Shown piece by piece: positions 54,706-64,000 of a DNA stretch of 64,000 bases. The stretch's first letter is position 1; the number at the start of each line of letters is the position of its first letter. The DNA is taken from contig CAVNZM010000012.1 of assembly GCA_963693365.1 (NCBI GenBank), positions 4,516,409 through 4,580,408 on the forward strand. The letters are read 5' to 3'. Source of the DNA: Amoebidium appalachense (taxonomy: Eukaryota > Protista > Ichthyosporea). The position numbers and the translations under genes are program-made. Under the pieces are notes generated by a model. That model was given only the letters and a program-made list of their open reading frames with translations. It had not been told where the DNA came from and made no database searches.

Positions 54706-55634
54706 ATGGCTTCAAGCGACGCCGAAAACGTGTCAGATGAAGAGACCATGCCAGCCCCCCCGGCCCAAAACAACATTGAAAACAGGATCTTGGCCGGGGA
54801 GCTTGGAAAGGCCAACAACTACATTTCAGACTCGGAGGATGAAGACGATGCCTTCTTCGATGCTTCGAACCTGCCTGTTACAAAGGTGTGCTTGTTGTTC
54901 TCTTCCTTTCATCCCTTGTGGCATTTGGTTTCAGCTTCACCACTGCTGCTGGTAGAGTTTATGCTCCTTCTCTTTTTTTGTGCCAAAGGCACCACATTTC
55001 CTTGGCTGTTTAGCTTGTTTTTGGAACCTTACATGCCCCGGATCTCTCGATCTTCCCGTCCCCTCCCCCCCCCCTCCCCCCGGGGGGAACTCCTCTGCCC
55101 ACCCACCCCTTCCACTTTACCAAAGTAAAACTCACACACTCCTACACGCTCACCAACACATATACACACACCTACGTGCAGGACACGTATACCCAGCACG
55201 TGAACAAAGAACTGTGCATGCACGCGCACATATTAACGTGCGCCCATGAACAATGCACATGTTCAAACACGTGAGCGCTTGAATACCTGGCAACACAGTA
55301 ATCGTCCTCGGAGGCTCCATAAGAAGCAAACGTGTCCATACGTTGGCTATCGGATCTCCTTCACTTGTCCTCTCTCCGTTCCTTTGTCCTTTAATTTTTC
55401 GTCCGCCCCCTCCCATTCCCATGTTGCCTACCTTTTTTATTTTCCTCCCCCTTCTTGCGCCTTCTTCCTCCCTCCTTCACTCCCTCCCTCCCCTTCCCCA
55501 TCGAACCCCCCGCCCCTCCCCCGAATGTCCCTCCTCTCGTTTTAAGCCCCAACATGCTCCATCTCTTTTTGCGTTCTAAGGCAACACATTTTCTTGGCTG
55601 CTTGGCTTATCTGTAGAACCTTTCTTGCCCCGGA

Positions 55635-55683
<49 letters not shown>

Positions 55684-56516
55684 CGCAAGGACTCCTCTGC
55701 CCCCACCCCACCCCTCCCACCTTACCAAACAGAAACTCACACACGCCTTTTCACGCACCAACACATACACACGCCTCCCTCTCACCCCACCCCCCCGCCC
55801 CCACCCCCCTACCCCCTGTCCCCTCTCTGCTCGCGCTTCGTTTGATATCCCTATCCCCTTCCCCTTTTGCTCCCTACCCGACCTCCCTTCCCTGTGACCC
55901 CCCCCCCCCCCCCCCCCCTCCCTTCCCCTTCCTCCCTCCCTCCCCACCCACCACCACCCCCACCAAAAATTATAAAATTAACTATTGTACCACACTATAA
56001 ATAAACAAATACACACAAAACAAAAACACATATAGGGGTATCCGGGACGACCGGGCACCAGTGCGACGGGGCCCAAGGGAGTTATCCAGGACTACAGGGA
56101 GTATCAGCACAGACTGGCAATGGAGAGACAGTTGGCAAACGAGGAGCTGGCAAACCAGGCACGGAGGTTGACACTGCAAACAGTACGTGTGTGTGTGTGG
56201 GTGGGTGGGTGGGTGGGGGGAGGGGGGGGGGTCGGTGTGGTGGGAAGGGGGGAGGGGGGAGGGGGGGGGGGGGGGGGGGGGGGGTATTGTGAGTGGGTGT
56301 GGATACCGGTGGTTGGGCCGGGTGGGTGGATGGGGGGGTGGGGGGTGGAGGGGTGGGTGGGTGTGTTGGCATGTGTCTATATGTCTGTGTACCCGGTTGA
56401 GGATGGGGATGGGGATGTGTGTGTTTGGGGGGGGGGGGGAGGGGGGGGGGGGGTTGCCTGTGTGGGTGGGTTTGGGATGTGTGGGTGCCTGTGTGGGTGG
56501 GTGTGGGAGTGTTTGG

Positions 56517-56588
<72 letters not shown>

Positions 56589-56933
56589 TGGGGCGGGTGC
56601 GTGCGTGTGTGTGTGTGCTTGCACGCCCATGTGCATGCCTGATTGTTCTTAACTTTTGGCTCGATATATTTGGTGGAATTATGATTTCATGCTTTCCAGG
56701 GGATGGTGAATATGCTGTGTTTTGTTTACAGCTGTTGGTAAAATGACCTGTATGGGGTATAAGGTTCAAGCATGTTTTCTTGTTTTCTTATTTTATTATT
56801 TTTTTTTCTTTTTTTGCTTGCAGAAAGCACAAGAGGAGGAAGATCTCTCTGACGAAGATGACGAGAAATTTCTGAGGGAGTACCGACAGAAACGAATTGC
56901 TGAGATGACCCAGAGGGTTGCTGAAAGGTAACA

Positions 56934-56984
<51 letters not shown>

Positions 56985-57735
56985 ACTCAAAAATAAAAAA
57001 AATAAAAAATAAAAAAAAGACATTTGGTAAAAAACACACATTATGCGAAGGCATTTTTTTGTGTGAGGACGTGTGGTGGGTGGAGCGAAAAGAACGTTAC
57101 TGTTTGTTGAATAATAGGGTTTAAAGGGTTTCGAACGGTACTTAGGGTGGAAATTAAGGGAACATTAGTTTGACCACTCATAGAAGTGTGTGTGTCCTGT
57201 CAGCTGCGTGGTAACATGGTGGGTGTGTGCGGGCGCAGGGGCCCACAGTTTGGGGAGCTGCGGATGATTGGTCGGGACGAATATCTTGACGTCATCGATG
57301 ATGAGGACCAGAACGTTTTTGTGGTCATCCACCTGTACAAGGAGGTGGGTGTGGGTCGGAGGGGGGGGGGAGGGGAGGGGGGAAGTGTGGGTGTGTGTGT
57401 TGGGGGGGGGGGGGGGGGGGGGGGGGGAAGTGTGGGTGTGTGTGTTGGGCGGGGGGGGGGGGGGGGAGGAGGGCGGGGGAGGTACAGGTGGGCAGGTAGG
57501 GGTTAGGGGGTGGAGGGGGTGGGGGAAGCGTGGGTGTGTATGTTTGGGTGTGCGTATACATGTGTGTGTGTGCGTGCGTGGTGCGTGTGAGTGTGCATGT
57601 GTGGGTGTGGGTGTGGGTGGGTGGGTGGGATTGGGAGTAGCTGGGTGCGTGTGCATGCGGACCGGCGTGCGATGTGTGTGGTTGTGTTTACCGTGTGTGT
57701 GTGTGTGTTGGTGGTTGTGTGTGTGTGTGTGTGGT

Positions 57736-57770
<35 letters not shown>

Positions 57771-57902
57771 CGGAAGGGGTTTTGGCCTAGTCAAAGCCGT
57801 TCATGGGCAAGCAGCGACCGAGGGCAACAGGGGGAGGGTGGGGGGAGAAGGGGTAGCATGCTGTTTCATGTATACCTTGGCAGTAATTCCCACTTTGTGG
57901 AC

Positions 57903-57945
<43 letters not shown>

Positions 57946-58096
57946 CGCCCCTTTTCCTGAGGATGAGTTCTGCTTATGTTGCATACTGCACGCGTTGCTG
58001 ATGTTTCATACTTGAATATTTTCCTTTGCCTGTGTCCTGCACCATGTTTCTTATCATGTTGTTGTACTTCAAACCTTGTTCCGCATTCTCCCCCCC

Positions 58097-58127
<31 letters not shown>

Positions 58128-58501
58128 ACACGCACACACACCCAACCCAACTTATAATTGGTCGGGAAAGGCGGGGGGGGGGAGGGGGGGGGGGGGGGGG
58201 AGGGGGGGGGGGGGGGGGGGGGGGGGGGTGTTAACTGTAGCACTCTTAGACCTTGAAAAACAGACCCCGTGTTGCACAAGCTCCCCCATTTCAATCCCAC
58301 CTGCCTCACTCACATGAAAACGCATCCCCCAGCACATTCACCAGTGTCAGGGTATGAACGAGATTCTGGGCCGGCTAGCCAAACAATACCCCCACGTCAG
58401 TTTCTGTGCCATCAAAGCAAACGAGGCGAGCAGTGCTTTCAGAACGGACGAGGGCCTACCTGCACTACTCGTCTACCAAGCAGGTGGGTGGGTGGATGGG
58501 T

Positions 58502-58537
<36 letters not shown>

Positions 58538-58738
58538 GGATTGGTGTGTCTGTGCGGTTGGGTGGGTGGAGTAGGGATTGGGGGGGGAGTGTTTGTGGAT
58601 GTGCGCACGTGTGTCGCTTACTGGCTTTCGTTTGATGAGGAGGCAAGCACTGTTTAGGAAATGATGACCCTGGGCCTTGAAATAGTAGTTGTTGGGGAAG
58701 GAGGGAGAGGGCCCGGGATGGGGCGGAGGGGGGAGGTA

Positions 58739-58772
<34 letters not shown>

Positions 58773-58990
58773 GAGGTAGAGAAACAGAGGGAGAGGAAGA
58801 GGCACATGCCAAGTATTGTGTGTAAGTTTGAAACCATTGGTGCGACTCTATATTTGCAACCCCCTGACACACTTCCATCATGCAGGTGATCTAGTGGCCA
58901 ATCTTGTGAATGTGGTGGAGGAACTGAGGACTGGCGTAGACCAACACTCAGTGCACTACTTGCTGGCCAGGTGTGTTGTATATTGCTCTC

Positions 58991-59021
<31 letters not shown>

Positions 59022-59135
59022 ACTATCTTCCCCTTTCTCCCCTCCCCCCTCTCCCTTCACACACATGCATACACACACACACACTCCCACTCTTCTCTCT
59101 TTCTCACTCTCTCTTGCCCTCTCTCCTCTCTCTCC

Positions 59136-59229
<94 letters not shown>

Positions 59230-59296
59230 CCCCCCCTCCCTCTCTCCCCTCCCTCCCTCCCTCTCTCCCTCCCTCCCTCCCCAAAAACACACGTCG

Positions 59297-59374
<78 letters not shown>

Positions 59375-59503
59375 CTTCTGCCCGAGAGCTTCTATTGTTT
59401 TTCATTCCTTTTCACTAAGGACTTGTAGAGTCCCTTGGTCACCAGCGCACCACACTCCCCCCTTCCACCTCTTTGAGAACCCCCGGGAGTGTTGTTTACT
59501 TTC

Positions 59504-59544
<41 letters not shown>

Positions 59545-59663
59545 TTCTGCCTGCACGCTTTAATCGTTTGATTTTTGTTTCCTCGTGTTTGTGACGTTTT
59601 TGTTGTTGCTCTATGTTGTCTCCTCCATATTTCCAACCCTCTAACGCATACATCACCCCCCCT

Positions 59664-59700
<37 letters not shown>

Positions 59701-59840
59701 TTCCTCCCTCTTTTTTTGGGGGGGGCTACTAAGACGCATATAGGCACCTGTAGTTAACCAATCACCCACACAGCCACGGAGTGCTCCCTCCACCAGCGGC
59801 ACCAGCAAACAGCAACGTGTTGGATGAGGACGAATATTGA
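54706..59840 (+). CDS. PDCL: Phosducin-like protein 1 (PhLP1; G-beta-gamma/CCT co-chaperone), ~279 aa, 7 exons
   Basis: Exons 54706-54885, 56036-56182, 56824-56927, 57239-57344, 58333-58483, 58886-58970 and 59774-59840 are in phase. It has the TGPKGVIQDY motif of phosducin/PhLP1, DEKFLREYRQKRIAEM, and a thioredoxin-like domain (FGEL...VVIHLY...LAKQYPHVSFCAIKA...LPALLVYQAGDLVANLV). Confidence 0.93.
57955..58088 (+). mobile_element. Diverged copy of the poly-C/G-anchored repeat in a PhLP1 intron
   Basis: cctgaggatgagttctgcttatgttgcatactgcacg...ttgttccgcattct, followed by poly-C. Confidence 0.8.
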
Positions 59841-59986
59841 TTCTGTGAATTTCATGTGTATATGGCCGATGTTTTTTTTTTGGGGGGGGGGGGGGGGGAG
59901 GGGGGGGGGGTCTCCCTCTGTCCCCCACACTTCGCACTTTAATGATTCGGCACCCACATAATATTATGTGTGGCCTGTAATATGAA

Positions 59987-60017
<31 letters not shown>

Positions 60018-60235
60018 GAGAGCACACATCACTCGGCTCGGTTAACTACACTTTGAGTACATCTCCCGCCCGACACGGGATCTGTATTGGCGGCGATATG
60101 TTTTGCGTACCATACATTGCTGTTTTGATGAAAAGCAGATGGGGATGTGGGCCTGTGTGTGTGCTGGTGTGTGGGTGTCTTTGAATAGGTTTGTGTGTGA
60201 CAGTCTGTATGTATGCCTTTGGGGAGGGGAGGGAG

Positions 60236-60279
<44 letters not shown>

Positions 60280-60561
60280 CAATTTGAGAATAAGTGATGG
60301 AAAGAAAGGATCTAAGAGTCTACGATTTGCCATTTGATTCATTATGAACGAATTTATCCATCGGATACACAGGTGTAAAAGTATTTTGGCTTGTAGCCAG
60401 TTGCACCCACACCTGCTCCAGCATGATTAGGATGGGTTCGAGACACATGCAAGTCATGGGTGCGTGGGTTTACAGGCAGATGTGGAGACTGATGTACTGT
60501 ACGTATGCAAAATACGGGGGGTTATTTGTTTTCCTTGCTTTTTTTTTTTTTTTTTTGGGGT

Positions 60562-60595
<34 letters not shown>

Positions 60596-60866
60596 AGGGG
60601 GGGGGGGGAAGGGGGGGGGGGTTCGATCATGTTATTCTGCATTCATAAAGCGATTTTTTTAATGGGTGTGTCTGCGGGATTCTCTCAGTGATATCTACAG
60701 AAAAGGGCTTCTGGCCTAAATAAATCTCGTTTCCAGTGTAGAGAATTGCATGCTTCCTAAACTTTTAGGACGACAAAAAGAAAATAAAGGATGAAATGTG
60801 CAGCCACCTATCGCACAGTATGCCATCGTACATGTGCAGTGTGCATTCACACAGTTCAAATTTATC

Positions 60867-60914
<48 letters not shown>

Positions 60915-61049
60915 GTCACACGTGCAAGTCGCTTACCGCAGCATGCAAGGAAAATTTACTCGGTTGAAAATTTTTACCCTGAATGTATATGTTCACGTGG
61001 CAAATTGTGTCACGTGCACACTTGCACATGTTTATATATCTCGAGATCT

Positions 61050-62770
61050 TGTATCCCGCGCCCAAGCTACGACCCATGCGCGCCGGAAAACATTCAGAAA
61101 GCAGACAAAGAACGTAAAGTGTCTGCTAAGAATGCGTGCGCCACACGTTGTCGTGTACGCATCAGCAAGGCAAAAGAGTTCCTCGCAAAGTTGGAAAACG
61201 ATGCTACGAGCGTGATAGACACGGACACGAAGGAACCAATGTTTTCTGGTGAGAAACTGCTCGAGCGCAAACGCCGATGCGAGATGGAAATCGAGCTCTT
61301 CTGCGAACTGTTCGCGCTGGCGGAAGGTCGTGCATACGACCCCGTAAGCGACAAGTGGGAACCAACCCCACAGGTGTCGGACCAAACCGATGCCTAATTT
61401 ATCCTTCTTCTTCTGGAATGCTCGGACACTGGGCCCCCAAAAGGGCCTCCCCCCCGGGACACTCGACGATAAAATCAGCTACATACAACAACAGACAAAC
61501 AACCACACGTTTACAGTGATTTGCGAAACACAGTTTAAAAACCACCACAAATTCAACTCTACATTGGTCGACACATCCACACACCCCGGTTACGCGAAAA
61601 ACCGAGGCATTATTGTACTTGCCGCACCACACGTGAGAGTGAAGTGCAAACCGGTAGCAAAAACGGAATTCTCGGTTTCTATAGAGTTTCTTTCTAATGT
61701 TTTTACTTTTGTATATTACCCACCATCTATGTCGGTTGTCGAATTGACTCACGAGTTGTCACAGTTACCAATGTCCACTGTTATTTTAGGTGATTTTAAC
61801 ACGCGACTCCACCACACAGACACACTGCAAGTGAGTGTCGGGTACCCATCTAAGCCCCCGGAGCGTGCTATCCCTTTAGCAAGGTATGTCCAAAGTCACA
61901 CTTTGCGGTTCCCTCAAATATCCCATGCCCACAACACCGACTGGGGAGTGGCCTTTTGGCCATCAACCATGTCAAAACTCTCTCTCCCTCCTAACCTCTC
62001 TAGGTCATCTGACCACTCTCCTATCCTTTTCCTACCTAAGATCTCCCTTGATCTGCTCCCCCCTCCCCCTCCCACCTTTCGCCTCCGTCTATCCCAGCTT
62101 AAGTCACAGTGGGGTAGAGTTGATGTATGTGTATGCTATGCTACGAAACACCCTATATATATGCGCCTATTAGAATCTGCACAAGCCAGGCCAGATTCAC
62201 ATCTCGTACTAGATACATGCACTAACTTTATTGTTGATGATTTGATAGATCTCGGTGATTATGCTGGCGGTGGTAGGAAGGAATACCCCGATGCTCTCTT
62301 GTTACCAAACACCACTCCCGCTAGACTAGGTGAACCCCTGTCTCAAAAGGAAAGCTTGCGCCGGCTTGCTAGTATGAATCGATTTGGCCCCCCTGCTCGT
62401 ATTATTGGTGATACCACTGGAGACCCCCTCATAGACTCTGATAAGTATTTCTCGGAACTGTTTAAAGATAGGACCCCCGCTCAGAAACCTATTGTGTGGC
62501 CTGTAGACCCATCTATCCCCATAGAATCGATCCTCCCCTTTTTCAGTCCCGATGCCATATGGTCTGTGATATCTAGTTATAGCTCTAGTAAGTCTTGTGG
62601 ACCTGATGGACTCCCTGCTGGGTTTCTTAAAATCCTTGTTCCCTCCTACCCACAAAAGGAAAGTGATCGTGCTATTAAACCTGATCTTACTATCATGTTA
62701 AGCTCTCTCTTTTCTTGGTGTGTTAAATGTGGACATGTCCCGTCATCTTGGTTAGATACCTTAGTGAGGC
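61050..62770 (+). mobile_element. Truncated non-LTR retrotransposon (LINE): probable ORF1 tail plus ORF2 APE domain and RT start
   Basis: An upstream ORF ends at 61397 and overlaps the ORF2 ATG at 61390. The element is cut at ~62770 by the duplicated segment. The left boundary is approximate. Confidence 0.85.
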
Positions 62771-62838
62771 CCGGGTACCATATCAGGAGCGGGCAATTTT
62801 TGAATTCTCCCTCCCCGGCCCCGCCGGGGAAAATTTGA
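61390..62838 (+). CDS. LINE ORF2 fragment: apurinic-type endonuclease plus start of reverse transcriptase; last ~20 codons read into the duplicated segment
   Basis: APE motifs FWNART, VICET, RGIIVL, YYPPS, ILGDFN and SDHSPI. Pre-RT motifs KSCGPDG and LFSWCVKCGHVPSSW. Intronless. Confidence 0.9.
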   Translation: MPNLSFFFWNARTLGPQKGLPPGTLDDKISYIQQQTNNHTFTVICETQFKNHHKFNSTLVDTSTHPGYAKNRGIIVLAAPHVRVKCKPVAKTEFSVSIEFLSNVFTFVYYPPSMSVVELTHELSQLPMSTVILGDFNTRLHHTDTLQVSVGYPSKPPERAIPLARYVQSHTLRFPQISHAHNTDWGVAFWPSTMSKLSLPPNLSRSSDHSPILFLPKISLDLLPPPPPTFRLRLSQLKSQWGRVDVCVCYATKHPIYMRLLESAQARPDSHLVLDTCTNFIVDDLIDLGDYAGGGRKEYPDALLLPNTTPARLGEPLSQKESLRRLASMNRFGPPARIIGDTTGDPLIDSDKYFSELFKDRTPAQKPIVWPVDPSIPIESILPFFSPDAIWSVISSYSSSKSCGPDGLPAGFLKILVPSYPQKESDRAIKPDLTIMLSSLFSWCVKCGHVPSSWLDTLVRPGYHIRSGQFLNSPSPAPPGKI

Positions 62839-63644
62839 GGTTTTTGGACCTCAAAGAAGTCAAATCCTGCAAAATCCACTACCGGGAGGCCAAAAAGGGT
62901 GATTTTACAAAAAAGGAGGGACATACATGAAAAAGAGAAAATGGGCGAGTTCAGTGGGCTGCCGATAAGTATATTTCGTGCTGGGCCGGTATACATGCTG
63001 CCGTGGTTGTTGCTGTAGACGGCAGTATGGCATCGCATGTGTCACGTGACCTGCACGTGAATGCGACCATGTGCAGGCACTGAGTCTAGGGGGATTTGTA
63101 TGTGTGTTTTGGAGCACCGACAAGGCAGAGCCAGGGTGAGGGATGTGTAAACATGGAGTTTAGGGAGATCGTGCTGCTATTGTAACATGTGCACAAAACA
63201 GCCACGTGCACCGGCACACTCCGGTGTACAGAACAATAATATGCACATGCGTCACTGTAATATCATGTATGCGCATGCCGCACAAGGTTTAGGAGACCAC
63301 CACAGTATATACTATTTTCTTTTGGTTGATATCCATGTAGGAATGGTGTGTTGCAGTTGTCATGATCAGCCTGAGGCAGGCACGTGCACTCACTGAATCA
63401 CTAGAACTCATGAATAAAAAATACATTCGCTAAAAACGGCAAGGTAAATTTGGGGCCAAGCTATTATTTCCCCCTTTTAAACGTTTTTTTAGCTCCAAGA
63501 ACTTCGACGCCAAAATTTCTATATTTGGCCATCGTATATGATAATGAACACGTGTACTTAAATTAAAGTAGTTATATAAATATGAGCGGCCCGTTACAAA
63601 TACAGTGACGAAAAACAGTGACCCACGAGCAGTTTTTCTTTCTA

Positions 63645-63711
<67 letters not shown>

Positions 63712-64000
63712 AGACACACACACCACCACCACGGTGACCACCACCACCACCACCACCACCACTCACCCCTTAAAAAAACCACACACATACGTGCACGTGT
63801 ACACACACACACAGAACACCACCACCACCTCCACTGGACCCCATTTCCTCGTTGTTTTCTTAAGCCTTCAGACCAGTCCTGCACACTGGAGTTAAACAAT
63901 TGAATTCACCTAGGCTGACATGCATCCACCCCCGCCTTCCACTTCCCCTCCCCCCCACCCCCACCCCCCACCCCCCCACCCCCACCCCCTCCCCCTCGAT
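62768..64000 (+). repeat. Right copy of the direct repeat (matches 2545-3764); runs off the window
   Basis: Base-level identity with 2545-3764 apart from homopolymer and microsatellite lengths. Confidence 0.97.

Overview
Eukaryotic genomic DNA with short exons and introns packed with poly-G/poly-C, (CA)n and (GA)n tracts. Most entries in the ORF track are microsatellite artefacts, so I assembled genes by hand from GT-AG boundaries and exon phase. The window holds: the 5' part of a probable TCF25/Rqc1 gene (-); an orphan spliced gene in a transposon-rich block; a bulb-type (B) lectin-domain gene (-); a complete 10-exon HAP40/F8A1 gene (+); a 17-exon biliverdin-type phytochrome (PAS-GAF-PHY-HisKA-HATPase, -); a complete 7-exon phosducin-like PhLP1 gene (+) head-to-head with the phytochrome; and a truncated LINE (APE domain). 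HAP40 points to a non-fungal unikont, possibly a unicellular holozoan (inference). The main finding is the intron-rich phytochrome. Its phospho-acceptor His is replaced by Arg, it has an acidic repeat tail instead of a receiver domain, and a 1-nt frameshift lies right after its chromophore Cys. Also notable are an interspersed repeat anchored in poly-C/G tracts, degenerate partial exon copies inside introns, an hAT-type MITE, a perfect hairpin and a 1.2-kb direct repeat 60 kb apart.
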